From positions 8,493 through 72,492 of the forward strand of contig JACPIM010000004.1 of NCBI GenBank assembly GCA_016188045.1: DNA of 64,000 nt. Direction: 5' to 3'. This document shows, piece after piece, positions 36,735 to 45,824 of the stretch. The position numbers and the translations under genes were made by a program. How positions within the stretch are numbered: position 1 is the first letter of the stretch; every line of letters starts with the position of its first letter. The notes beneath the pieces were generated by a model that ran no database searches, was not told the origin of the DNA, and saw nothing but the letters and a program-made list of their open reading frames with translations. The stretch comes from Candidatus Woesearchaeota archaeon. GTDB taxonomy: Archaea; Nanobdellota; Nanobdellia; SCGC-AAA011-G17; JACPIM01.

Positions 36735-37507
36735 AATCAAGTAAAATATTAAAAAAAAGAGTATTGTTCCTTGCATATGATCAAGGACTAGAGCACGGTC
36801 CTACTGATTTTAATGATAAAAACGTTGATCCAAACTACGTCTTAAACATAGCAGATAAAGGAAACTACTCGGGAGTTATATTTCAAAAAGGCATAGCTGA
36901 AAAATATTATAATAAAAAGAAAAATAAAACCCCCTTAATTATAAAATTAAATGGAAAAACAAACCTAATCAAAGGAGATCCAATTTCTCCTCAACTATGC
37001 ACAGTAAAAGAAGCAATTTCTCTTGGAGCTAAAGCCGTTGGTTACACAATTTATCCGGGAAGTATTCACGAAGCAAAAATGTTTAAAGAATTTGAAAAAA
37101 TAGAACGAGAAGCTCATGAAAACAATCTTCCAGTAATAGCTTGGATGTATCCTCGTGGTAGTTCAATTAAAAATGAATTAGACAAAGATATCCTAGCTTA
37201 TTCAGCACGTATTGGTTTGGAGTTGGGAGCAGACATAATAAAAATAAAATATAATAATAATCCTAAAGACCTAAAATGGATTATTAAATGTGCAGGTAAA
37301 ACTAAAGTTGTAATTTCTGGTGGCACTAAAACAAATCCAGAACTATTATTACAACAAACCAAAGACATAATGAATTCAGGAGCAATAGGTTTGGCAATTG
37401 GAAGAAATGTTTGGCAGTATAAAGAACCATTAAAGATAACTAAAGCTTTAAAATCAATAATTTTCAAAAACAAGTCTGTAAATGAAGCTCTAAAATATTT
37501 AAAATAA
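36731..37507 (+). CDS. fba: fructose-bisphosphate aldolase, class I archaeal type (DhnA/FbaB family)
   Basis: LAYDQGLEHGP; Schiff-base region LGADIIKIKY; GLAIGRNVWQ. Confidence 0.8.
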   Translation: MKSSKILKKRVLFLAYDQGLEHGPTDFNDKNVDPNYVLNIADKGNYSGVIFQKGIAEKYYNKKKNKTPLIIKLNGKTNLIKGDPISPQLCTVKEAISLGAKAVGYTIYPGSIHEAKMFKEFEKIEREAHENNLPVIAWMYPRGSSIKNELDKDILAYSARIGLELGADIIKIKYNNNPKDLKWIIKCAGKTKVVISGGTKTNPELLLQQTKDIMNSGAIGLAIGRNVWQYKEPLKITKALKSIIFKNKSVNEALKYLK

Positions 37508-37556
37508 TAGCAACGTTTAAATAATAAATTATTCTAATTTTAACTATAAAAAGAGA

Positions 37557-38177
37557 GTGAATATGTTAATCATAAACTTCAAGACTTACAAACAGGGAGA
37601 GTCCGTAATTAAATTAGCAAAATTAATAAAAAAAATAAATAAAAATATTATTATAGCCTTACAAGCAACAGATATCTACAGAGTAAAAAAAGAAACAAAC
37701 CTACAGATTTATTCTCAGCATGTTGATCATTTTGAACCAGGAAGAAACACGGGATTTATCTTACCAGAAGCAATAAAATCATCAGGCGCCACAGGAACTT
37801 TTCTAAATCATTCAGAACACAAATTAACTTTTAATATTCTAAAACAAACAATCAAAAGATGCAAAAAATTAAATCTTAAAACAATAGTTTTCGCTAAAGA
37901 CCTAGAAGAAGCTAAAAAAATATCAAAACTTAAACCAAATTTCATAGCTTTAGAACCACCAGAGTTAATAGCAGGTAAAATTTCTGTTTCACAATCAAAC
38001 CCAGATTTAATAAAAAGAGCAATTCAAGAAATAAAAAGAAACATTTTAGTCGGAGCAGGCGTTAATAACAAAAAAGATGTTCAAATTGCAAAAAAACTAG
38101 GAGCAAAAGGTATTTTAGTATCATCAGCAGTATTAAAATCAAGTAATCCTAAAAAAATAATCAGAGAACTACTATGA
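37557..38177 (+). CDS. tpiA: triosephosphate isomerase, short archaeal type
   Basis: MLIINFKTYKQG; LNHSEHKL; GAGVNNKKDV; about 206 aa. Confidence 0.8.
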   Translation: MNMLIINFKTYKQGESVIKLAKLIKKINKNIIIALQATDIYRVKKETNLQIYSQHVDHFEPGRNTGFILPEAIKSSGATGTFLNHSEHKLTFNILKQTIKRCKKLNLKTIVFAKDLEEAKKISKLKPNFIALEPPELIAGKISVSQSNPDLIKRAIQEIKRNILVGAGVNNKKDVQIAKKLGAKGILVSSAVLKSSNPKKIIRELL

Positions 38178-39148
38178 AAATCGCATTTTTTGAAATAGAA
38201 AACTGGGAAAAAGAATTTATAAAAAAAGAATTAAAAAATCATAAATTAACCTTCTTTAACGACCCAATAACAAAAAATAAAGCTAAAAAAATAAAAGACT
38301 TTGATGTTATAGCAATATTCATTTACTCAAATATAACTAAAGATATCTTAAATCTCTTGCCAAAATTAAAGCTGATAGCAACCATGTCAACAGGCATTGA
38401 TCACATTGATATTGAGGAATGCAATAAAAGAAAAATAAAAGTAAAAAATGTCCCTTTCTACGGAGAAAATACTGTAGCAGAACACACCTTTGGATTAATT
38501 TTAGCATTATCTAGAAAAATATGTGAGTCCCATGATAGAACAAGGAAAGATAATTTCTCATTAACAGGATTGGAAGGTTTTGATTTAAAAGATAAAACAA
38601 TAGGAATAATTGGTGTAGGCCATATAGGATCACATGTAGCAAGAATAGCTAAAGGATTTGAAATGAACATTTTAGGAATAAGTCATGATAGAGATTTAAA
38701 ATTAGTTAAAGAAACCGGAATAGAATACACAGATCTTAACAATCTACTAAGGAAATCAAATATAATAACCCTGCATGTCCCTTATACAAAAGAAACGCAC
38801 CATATGATTAATAAAAAAAATATAAAATTATTTAAAAAAAATTCATTATTAATAAATACTGCCCGGGGTGGTTTAATAGATACAGAGGCAATTCTTTATG
38901 GATTAAAAAATAATATTTTATTAGGTGTTGGTTTAGATGTTTTAGAGGGAGAATGTTTTATTAAAGAGGAAAAGCAATTATTAACAAAGCATTTTCTTAA
39001 AGAATGTGATTTGAAAACACTATTAGAAAATCATATGCTCTTAAATCAAAAAAATGTAATAATAACCCCACATAGCGCCTTTTACAGCAAAGAAGCCCTA
39101 TTAAGAATAATACAAACAACAATATATAATATTAAAAATTTCAAATAA
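38174..39148 (+). CDS. D-isomer-specific 2-hydroxyacid dehydrogenase family (PGDH/GyaR-like)
   Basis: NAD site GIIGVGHIGSHVARIA; catalytic R/E/H spacing (TARGGLID, PHSAFYS). Confidence 0.8.
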   Translation: MKIAFFEIENWEKEFIKKELKNHKLTFFNDPITKNKAKKIKDFDVIAIFIYSNITKDILNLLPKLKLIATMSTGIDHIDIEECNKRKIKVKNVPFYGENTVAEHTFGLILALSRKICESHDRTRKDNFSLTGLEGFDLKDKTIGIIGVGHIGSHVARIAKGFEMNILGISHDRDLKLVKETGIEYTDLNNLLRKSNIITLHVPYTKETHHMINKKNIKLFKKNSLLINTARGGLIDTEAILYGLKNNILLGVGLDVLEGECFIKEEKQLLTKHFLKECDLKTLLENHMLLNQKNVIITPHSAFYSKEALLRIIQTTIYNIKNFK

Positions 39149-39150
39149 TA

Positions 39151-39696
39151 ATGACAAAAGCACTAATCATTGTAGCTCACCCAGATGATGAAACAATCTG
39201 GATGGGTGGTTTTATTTTAAGAAATAAAAATTATGACTGGACTATCTTATCATTGTGCAGGAAACACGATAAAGATAGGTCTCCTAAATTTAAAAAAGTC
39301 TGCGACTTCTATAATTCAAAATCCTTTATGGATAATTTAAACGATACAAACAATAAACCAGTTAACATTGAAAGAATAATAATAAAAATTAAAAAACATA
39401 TTGAAAATAATTATGATTTAGTTTTCACTCACAACTCAAACGGCGAGTACGGTCATATAAGACACAAAGAAGTTCATCAAGCCGTTATGAAAATGATCAA
39501 TCGAAAGTTACTTAAAGCTGGTAAATTATTATTTTTCTCATACTTCAACGCTAAATTTAATAAAAAAATAAAATTAACTAAAGAAGAACTAGAAACTAAG
39601 AAGAAAATTATAACAAAAATGTATGGTTTTCAAAAAAATAGTTTTGAAGAAGAAAACTGCAGACAAGTTGAAACTTTCATGGAAGTGAAATTTTGA
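39151..39696 (+). CDS. PIG-L/LmbE-family N-acetylglucosaminyl deacetylase
   Basis: ALIIVAHPDDETIWMGG signature. Confidence 0.75.
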   Translation: MTKALIIVAHPDDETIWMGGFILRNKNYDWTILSLCRKHDKDRSPKFKKVCDFYNSKSFMDNLNDTNNKPVNIERIIIKIKKHIENNYDLVFTHNSNGEYGHIRHKEVHQAVMKMINRKLLKAGKLLFFSYFNAKFNKKIKLTKEELETKKKIITKMYGFQKNSFEEENCRQVETFMEVKF

Positions 39697-40838
39697 AGGC
39701 AATAATACAATATACACATCCAGTTCAACCAGATGGTTTAAGCATTCAGGGACATTTTCTTTATAAAGGCATGTCAGAGAATGGAGATCAAGTAGCTCCA
39801 TGCGACAAGCAAGGCGGCCATCAAAAAGAATGGATATATAATTATTTAAAACCGCAAGTTTCTATTGGTATAGGGGTCTGGAATGAGACTCCGAATTTAA
39901 TCCACGAACCACAAAAACATAACATTACTCCTGTTCCATGGTTCGTAGCAGACGGATGGATTGCAAATTATCATGATACATTAAATAAATTACCGTTAAT
40001 ACTAACAACAAGCGAATGGGTAAAAGAGGTATATGTTCGTGATGGCGTTTCTGGAAAAAATATTCACCCAACATATATTGGCATTGATACAGATGAAACA
40101 AAACCAATTCCCAGAACAGATCCTAAAGTAAAAAAAATAAGGGAAATGTTCGGAATAAAGGAAGATGAAGTTCTTCTTATGACTGTTGGTGGAGATGTTA
40201 CTTCTAAGGGAGCCCAAGAAATGATTCGCGCTCTTCATAAGATAAATGGTGAATTCAAAAATTGGAAATATTTATGCAAGGCCTGGCCAAGTGAATCAGC
40301 CAAAGATCACCATAGAGAAGAAATGCAGTTAATGAAAGAACTTAATTTAGATGAAAAAAAGATTATGTTTATTGACGGTTGCTTCTCTAATGAATTCATG
40401 ACCTATTTATTGAATGCGTGCGATATTTATGCTGCTCCATCAAGACTGGAAGGTTTTGGCATGATCCAAGTCGAAGCTCAAGCATGCGGCAAACCCGTTA
40501 TTTCAATAAATAAAATGGGACCAAAAGAAACAATAGTACACAAAAAAACAGGGTTTTTAGCAGATGTTGCTGAAACAATAGATTTAGAGCAAGAGTGGGC
40601 AACCAGATCAATGGGATTTAAAGAAAGATTTTTAATGAAGTTTGATGAACCAAAAACACTGGGTTACAGAGCAGATGTAGATCAGCTAGCAGAATACACT
40701 TTAAAATTAATGCAAGATAAAGACTTAAGAGAAAAAATGGGAAAAGAAGCAAGAAAACACACAGTTAAAAATTTCCATTACACCCACACTTCAAAAATAG
40801 TCTCAGACTTAATAAAGAAAAAGTTAAATTTAGAATAA
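39693..40838 (+). CDS. glycosyltransferase family 1 (GT4-type)
   Basis: C-terminal PSRLEGFGMIQVEAQACGKPVIS (E-x7-E). Confidence 0.8.
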   Translation: MKAIIQYTHPVQPDGLSIQGHFLYKGMSENGDQVAPCDKQGGHQKEWIYNYLKPQVSIGIGVWNETPNLIHEPQKHNITPVPWFVADGWIANYHDTLNKLPLILTTSEWVKEVYVRDGVSGKNIHPTYIGIDTDETKPIPRTDPKVKKIREMFGIKEDEVLLMTVGGDVTSKGAQEMIRALHKINGEFKNWKYLCKAWPSESAKDHHREEMQLMKELNLDEKKIMFIDGCFSNEFMTYLLNACDIYAAPSRLEGFGMIQVEAQACGKPVISINKMGPKETIVHKKTGFLADVAETIDLEQEWATRSMGFKERFLMKFDEPKTLGYRADVDQLAEYTLKLMQDKDLREKMGKEARKHTVKNFHYTHTSKIVSDLIKKKLNLE

Positions 40839-40886
40839 AAAAGAAAAAACTGGAAAGCTAAGTTTGTTTTGGATATTTAAAAAAAA
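40837..40886 (+). repeat. direct repeat copy 3 (degenerate, non-coding remnant of the archease 3' end motif)
   Basis: aaaaaagaaaaaactggaaagctaagtttgttttggatatttaaaaaaaa; one mismatch and a 1-nt shorter A-run versus 21326..21375. Starts at the GT gene stop codon. Confidence 0.8.
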
Positions 40887-40913
40887 GAAAAAATAAGAAA
40901 AACCAAAATATTT

Positions 40914-41429
40914 TTAGTTTTCTCTTTCTGCCGGCATAGTTGCTTGGTTTTCATAAGCTTTAAGACATTTTTCTAACTGTGCATTGCTTACTCGCCCAAA
41001 CTCTTCTCTAATGAATTGATTATCTCTATATCTAACATAGTCATCTGTTACAACTTTAGTGACTACATTTCCTCTACCATAATCTTTCTCAAATATGGGA
41101 TCAAAAGATAATTTAGCACCTTCTTTTAAAACTATATTGCCAAATCCAAGGTTATCCAAAATTTTTCTTTCTTCATCTGTAGATAGTATTCTGTCCTTCC
41201 CAGCAGCAGCACTATATACTCTATTTATTAATTGTGTAGTGTAATCCATTTTAGAGTGACATTCAGCAAAATGTCTGTCAAGACCCCTATAACCAGCAAC
41301 ACCAGCAATTCCTAAAGCTGCTCCTAAGGCAACCCTCATAAGCCATCTTTTTGGGTTTATTTCAAAATTTATTTTCATTTTCATTTCTCCTCTTTTTTTG
41401 TTTAAGGTTGGGAAAGATAACCAACTCAT
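40914..41429 (-). CDS. hypothetical secreted or membrane-anchored protein
   Basis: N-terminal hydrophobic segment RVALGAALGIAGVAG. Confidence 0.45.
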   Translation of the reverse strand: MSWLSFPTLNKKRGEMKMKINFEINPKRWLMRVALGAALGIAGVAGYRGLDRHFAECHSKMDYTTQLINRVYSAAAGKDRILSTDEERKILDNLGFGNIVLKEGAKLSFDPIFEKDYGRGNVVTKVVTDDYVRYRDNQFIREEFGRVSNAQLEKCLKAYENQATMPAEREN

Positions 41430-41539
41430 TTTAATTATATTTACTATATAGTAGTAATAGTAGTATATATTAAACTTTCTTCATATTTTTCCATCAAAAC
41501 ACAAGATTTATATATTAATATTGTATATAAAAGTGATAT

Positions 41540-42499
41540 ATGATAAATTTAGACTTAAAAGACAAAAAAATACTATATCAATTAGACTTAAATTCAAGAC
41601 AATCTAATTCAGAAATAGCAAAGAAAGTTCAGCTAAGTAAAGATATAGTAAACTATAGAATAAAAAAATTAGAAAGCGAAGGTTTCATAAGTGGCTATTA
41701 CACCATAATTAATTTTTACCAATTAGGTTATATTAGCATAAGAGTTTACATAAAACTGGTAAATACGCCAGTAGATAAAGAAAATGAAATTCTAGATTTT
41801 CTTATTAATAATAAAAACACCTTTTTCGTAGTTAAAATAGATGGTAATTTTGATATTGGATTTGGAACATATGTCAAAGATATCTATCAATTTGAGGAAT
41901 TTTATCAGGATTTCAAGAAAAATTTCAAAAAATACATAGGAAAAGAGCAAATATCAATTTTCACAAAAGTATATCACTTCCACAGGCCATATATAATAGA
42001 TAAGGAATTTGATGATACCAAACCAGAATACCTAGGTGGAAAACTAACAAGCAAATATGATAAATTAGATATAGAAATCCTAAAGCTTTTAGCAAACAAT
42101 TCAAGAATTCCGATAACAGAAATCTCATCAAAATTAAAAATTCCCGTAATGACCGCTTCTTTTAGAATAAAGCAATTAGAAAAAAAAGAAATAATCCAGG
42201 GATACAGGTTTGTTTTTGATTTCAAGAAATTTAATTATGAATATTATAAAGTTGATATTGTATTAGATAACACATTAAGACTTAAAGAATTAATAAATTA
42301 CATTCATTCTAATCCAAATACGACTTATATAGACCAAACAATTGCTGGCTCTGATTTTGAATTTGAGTTAGAAGTAAAAAGCAAAGAGCATTTATTAACC
42401 ATTATAGATGAATTAAGAATAAAATTCCCAGAAATCAGGGAGTTAAGTTATTTTACAATCAGAAAATATAAAAAACTGCTTTATTTTCCTGAAATTTAG
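41540..42499 (+). CDS. tandem-domain Lrp/AsnC-family transcriptional regulator
   Basis: Two HTH_AsnC-like segments (ILYQLDLNSRQSNSEIAKKVQLSKDIVNYRIKKLESEGFI and ILKLLANNSRIPITEISSKLKIPVMTASFRIKQLEKKEII), each followed by a RAM-like region. Confidence 0.6.
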   Translation: MINLDLKDKKILYQLDLNSRQSNSEIAKKVQLSKDIVNYRIKKLESEGFISGYYTIINFYQLGYISIRVYIKLVNTPVDKENEILDFLINNKNTFFVVKIDGNFDIGFGTYVKDIYQFEEFYQDFKKNFKKYIGKEQISIFTKVYHFHRPYIIDKEFDDTKPEYLGGKLTSKYDKLDIEILKLLANNSRIPITEISSKLKIPVMTASFRIKQLEKKEIIQGYRFVFDFKKFNYEYYKVDIVLDNTLRLKELINYIHSNPNTTYIDQTIAGSDFEFELEVKSKEHLLTIIDELRIKFPEIRELSYFTIRKYKKLLYFPEI

Positions 42500-42502
42500 A
42501 TT

Positions 42503-42552
42503 AAACATTTCTTTCTTTTTACGTTTTCATAGCCAATATATATACATTATCC
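42503..42552 (+). repeat. direct repeat copy A: remnant 3' end of a GDE-like gene (reverse strand reads ...YIYIGYENVKRKKCLI-stop)
   Basis: About 50 nt similar to 43356..43405. The first 34 nt are near-identical, then divergent, but it still encodes the same C-terminal peptide and a TAA stop. Confidence 0.85.
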
Positions 42553-42621
42553 AACCAACGCACTATCGCCACTATTTACACCATCACCAACCACAAGATT
42601 TATATATAAGATAATCTTACT

Positions 42622-42638
42622 AATAAGATATACTTATT
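42622..42638 (+). promoter_or_regulatory. inverted repeat AATAAG-ATATA-CTTATT upstream of vapB (candidate operator)
   Basis: Perfect 6-bp arms 16 nt upstream of the ATG; GGAGG Shine-Dalgarno-like motif follows. Confidence 0.35.
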
Positions 42639-42653
42639 AAGGAGGTAATAAAG

Positions 42654-42911
42654 ATGGAAAAATTAGAAATAACAAGCATGAGTTCAAGAGGACAAGTAGT
42701 TATACCATTAGATATAAGAGAACAACTCAAATTAAAAGAGGGAGAAAAATTTGTTGTGGTAGGAGAAGAAGATACAATTATATTAAAAAAAGTAACTATG
42801 CCTTCCTTCAAAAATTTTGATAAATTACTTCAAAAAACTCAGCAGTTCGCCAAAGATAGGGATATAACCAAAGCCGATGTTGAAAGTGCGATCAAAAGAG
42901 CTAGAAGATGA
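42654..42911 (+). CDS. vapB: AbrB/SpoVT-domain antitoxin (VapB-like)
   Basis: SSRGQVVIPLDIREQLKLKEGEKFVV swapped-hairpin motif. Confidence 0.75.
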   Translation: MEKLEITSMSSRGQVVIPLDIREQLKLKEGEKFVVVGEEDTIILKKVTMPSFKNFDKLLQKTQQFAKDRDITKADVESAIKRARR

Positions 42912-43309
42912 AGATAGTCCTTGATACAAATATATTTATCTCAGGCATTTTCTGGAGAGGTAGCTCTAATAAAGTTATAACCAATTGGAAAGAAGGAAGA
43001 TTTACACTAGTCATTTCCTTACAAATAATTTCAGAAATAATAAAAGTTCTAAAGGATTTTAAAATCAAGCTTTCAGATGACATGATTAAAGAGTGGATAG
43101 ATTTAATTGTGAGAAATTCAGTAATTATAGAACCAAGAGAAAGCATCAAGATTATTAAAGAAGACCCAAAGGATAATATTTTCATTGAAACTGCTGTTGC
43201 TGGAAACGTAGATTATGTAATATCGCAAGACAATCATTTATTAAAACTAAAAGAGTTTAGAGGAATTAAAATAATAACTCCAGAAGAATTCAATAAAATA
43301 TGCAATTAA
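42908..43309 (+). CDS. vapC: PIN-domain ribonuclease toxin (VapC-like)
   Basis: MKIVLDTNIFISG N-terminus with acidic residues spaced as in PIN domains; 4-nt overlap with vapB. Confidence 0.7.
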   Translation: MKIVLDTNIFISGIFWRGSSNKVITNWKEGRFTLVISLQIISEIIKVLKDFKIKLSDDMIKEWIDLIVRNSVIIEPRESIKIIKEDPKDNIFIETAVAGNVDYVISQDNHLLKLKEFRGIKIITPEEFNKICN

Positions 43310-43348
43310 AATCAAATCCATCAAGCATTCATGAAGACTTAACACGCA

Positions 43349-44449
43349 TCAAATCAAACATTTCTTTCTTTTTACGCTTTCATAAGCTAAGATATAAACA
43401 CCAGCATCCCAAGCATGTTCTTCTCCGCCACCAGGTTTTCCAGTTCTGCCATCCATCCATTCACTAAAATTACCTTTATTATTTCCTTCAGCCAGTCTAA
43501 TTAATTCTTCTTTAGCTTCTTTAAATCTCTTCATTTTAACTAAAGCACAAATATAAAATCCACCAATAAAAGGCCAAACACCACCATTTAAATATTTATA
43601 AGGAAAACTACCAGAGGTTTCATAATAGTCTTGCCAATATTTATTTCTTTTAGTAATAGGAGGATCAATTGCTCTAACAGGAAAAGGTTTGTTTATTTTT
43701 TTATTTTCAATGTAATTCAATATTTTATTAGCATTTTCTTTATTACATAACTCAAAAATAACAGCCAATAAATTCCCTAGAGAATCAAACCAATCACCTT
43801 CCTCTTTTATTTTATCATGGTTCTTCCATCTGAAAGCAGAATAATATTTTCCATTGAACAATTTCCTCTCTTTATGCTCATTAACGGTTTTTTTAACTTT
43901 ATCAGCTAATTTCTTTTCATTCATTAAATTCAAAACTTTATAATACAACGCCTGTGTATTTATGGTATGCCCATATTTATGTGGAAAAGCATCCTGCCAA
44001 TCAGTTGTCGGCTGTTGCTCGGGCAATAAATCTTCACCAGCATCCTGGTATTTAACCCATAATAACGCTTTTCTAATATTCTCCTTATATTTCTTCAATA
44101 AACTTTTATCTTTATATCTTAAATAATAAACATACTCTCCAATTATAAACCATAAACTAGAATCTATTGTAGCAAAACTAACTCCATTTTTAGTTTTACT
44201 ATCTGAAAATATATCAACATTATTTGGAATCTGTCCTAATTCACTCTGATATTTAGCTAAAGTTTCCAAAGATTTTTTAAAAGTTTTTTTAAAAGTATCA
44301 TTCTTAACTAAACTAGCACCTAAAAAAGAAATCATGCTGTCTCTCGCCCAAACAGAAGTATATCCTCCAACAGAAGCATATAATCCATTCTTAGTGCAAC
44401 ATCTTCTGATTACTTTAACTGCATTTCTATAAACTTCATCAATAAGCAT
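43349..44449 (-). CDS. six-hairpin glycosidase, glycogen-debranching-enzyme C-terminal (GDE_C)-like
   Basis: LYASVGGYTSVWARDSMISFLGASL near the N-terminus and WQDAFP...YYETSGSFPYKYLNGGVWPFIGGFY are consistent with the GDE_C/GH15-like (alpha/alpha)6 family. Confidence 0.6.
   Translation of the reverse strand: MLIDEVYRNAVKVIRRCCTKNGLYASVGGYTSVWARDSMISFLGASLVKNDTFKKTFKKSLETLAKYQSELGQIPNNVDIFSDSKTKNGVSFATIDSSLWFIIGEYVYYLRYKDKSLLKKYKENIRKALLWVKYQDAGEDLLPEQQPTTDWQDAFPHKYGHTINTQALYYKVLNLMNEKKLADKVKKTVNEHKERKLFNGKYYSAFRWKNHDKIKEEGDWFDSLGNLLAVIFELCNKENANKILNYIENKKINKPFPVRAIDPPITKRNKYWQDYYETSGSFPYKYLNGGVWPFIGGFYICALVKMKRFKEAKEELIRLAEGNNKGNFSEWMDGRTGKPGGGEEHAWDAGVYILAYESVKRKKCLI
43356..43405 (+). repeat. 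direct repeat copy B: actual 3' end of the GDE-like gene (...ILAYESVKRKKCLI-stop)
   Basis: See copy A. Confidence 0.85.
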
Positions 44450-44503
44450 TTTTACCTCTTTTCTTAAATACTTAATTATTATTTTATTTAAACCTTTTGA
44501 ATA

Positions 44504-44839
44504 TTACTTCAATATAGAATATAAAACAACATAAATTTCATTTAACTTATTTTTATTTATTTTACCTATCACCTTGATTATTAACCTTTTATCTATTTTC
44601 AAAATATTTTCTACTTTAATGACACAGGGTTTATCTAAATTGCCTTTTTCCAAATCCAAACTTGATAATTGTATGCTATATTTATCCCTATGTAAATTAG
44701 AAGTTACACCTAAAACAATAATGTCTTCAGAACTATTATTAAAATCATTATTGCTTATAACAACAACAGGTCTAACTTTTTTACCAGATTGATCAGAAAA
44801 AGGAAATGGTATTAATAATAAATCGCCTTGCTCTATCAT
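44504..44839 (-). CDS. mazF: PemK/MazF-family mRNA interferase toxin
   Basis: GDLLLIPFPFSDQSGKKVRPVVVIS matches the MazF/PemK N-terminal motif. Confidence 0.8.
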   Translation of the reverse strand: MIEQGDLLLIPFPFSDQSGKKVRPVVVISNNDFNNSSEDIIVLGVTSNLHRDKYSIQLSSLDLEKGNLDKPCVIKVENILKIDKRLIIKVIGKINKNKLNEIYVVLYSILK

Positions 44840-45066
44840 TCTAGGTATTTACTCCAAACTTTGTCATCTTTTTTATTATTCCACAATTTTTCAAGAGATT
44901 TTTCTGCCAATGCCAACCATCCATCTTTCTCCTTTCTTCTAGTTTCTATTTTTTCATTAATTAATTGTCTTATAAATTCTGATTTTGAAGGGTAGTGCCT
45001 TTCCTTTACAAAACTATCTAATTCTTTTAACTGTTCTTTTGGAAGTTTAATTGTTATTGTTTCCAT
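44836..45066 (-). CDS. ribbon-helix-helix (CopG-like) antitoxin
   Basis: TITIKLPKEQLKELDSFV...SKSEFIRQLI RHH pattern; 4-nt overlap with mazF. Confidence 0.65.
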   Translation of the reverse strand: METITIKLPKEQLKELDSFVKERHYPSKSEFIRQLINEKIETRRKEKDGWLALAEKSLEKLWNNKKDDKVWSKYLE

Positions 45067-45067
45067 A

Positions 45068-45085
45068 GTAATCCATAGGGATTAC
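45068..45085 (+). promoter_or_regulatory. inverted repeat GTAATCC-ATAG-GGATTAC just upstream of the RHH-mazF operon (candidate operator)
   Basis: Perfect 7-bp arms starting 2 nt upstream of the RHH start codon. Confidence 0.4.
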
Positions 45086-45128
45086 CCATATTTAAATATT
45101 TCTATTACTAGCACCACATTCTATGTAA

Positions 45129-45824
45129 TTAAAAAAACAATATTAATAATATCAATAAAATAAACATATTACCAAAATCAGCAATTGAAGTAGTTATTGG
45201 TATTAAAAAATTATTTGGATCTTCTCCTTTTTTATAAAAATATAATCCACCAATTATAGAAACTAAAAACAAGATTCCAACTAACAAAACAATATCAATC
45301 AATATCATAAGTATTATTTTTATTGCAATATTCATACTGGCATTATAGCCAACAAAGTTAGATATTGTCAAAGCAGCAATAGCACTAAAAACACCCATTA
45401 TCAAAGCGATTATAAAAATCTGTTTTATTAATTCTTTTAATTCTCTATTTATAAATAAATTATTTTTTATTTTTCCTTCATGCAACATAGTTGAAAACCT
45501 AGAAGATATTATCGTTCCATAATCTCCAAACATATCATTTAAGGCGGGTAATAATATCACCAAAGGCATTAATAAGATAAAATAGTTCTTAACATTTTCA
45601 ATAGCAAAACCACCCAAAGAACTTACAATAGAAGCAAAGAATAAGATCTTCACACTTTCTTTAATAATCGTTTTAAAAGCATTGCTTTTTTGACCATATT
45701 CTTTAACATAGAACAAAGTTTTCTTTGAGATTTTATGTTTTTTATGAATTTTATGAATTAATGGATGATATTTTTCTCTTTTTAAATTCTTTAATACATC
45801 TAAATGTTTTTTTATGTTTCTCAT
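45129..45824 (-). CDS. MgtE-domain membrane protein (divalent-cation transporter TM domain only)
   Basis: C-terminal ...DPNNFLIPITTSIADFGNMFILLILLILFF resembles the MgtE TM-domain end (DPAxxxGPxITTxxDxxGLLIYF). Confidence 0.55.
   Translation of the reverse strand: MRNIKKHLDVLKNLKREKYHPLIHKIHKKHKISKKTLFYVKEYGQKSNAFKTIIKESVKILFFASIVSSLGGFAIENVKNYFILLMPLVILLPALNDMFGDYGTIISSRFSTMLHEGKIKNNLFINRELKELIKQIFIIALIMGVFSAIAALTISNFVGYNASMNIAIKIILMILIDIVLLVGILFLVSIIGGLYFYKKGEDPNNFLIPITTSIADFGNMFILLILLILFF

Noticed and set aside
44450-45128. Gene-end duplication flanking the RHH-mazF cassette
   Set aside because: Flanks share only short AT-rich words (9-mers at most); no convincing repeat, although the cassette does sit directly downstream of the MgtE-like gene 3' end.
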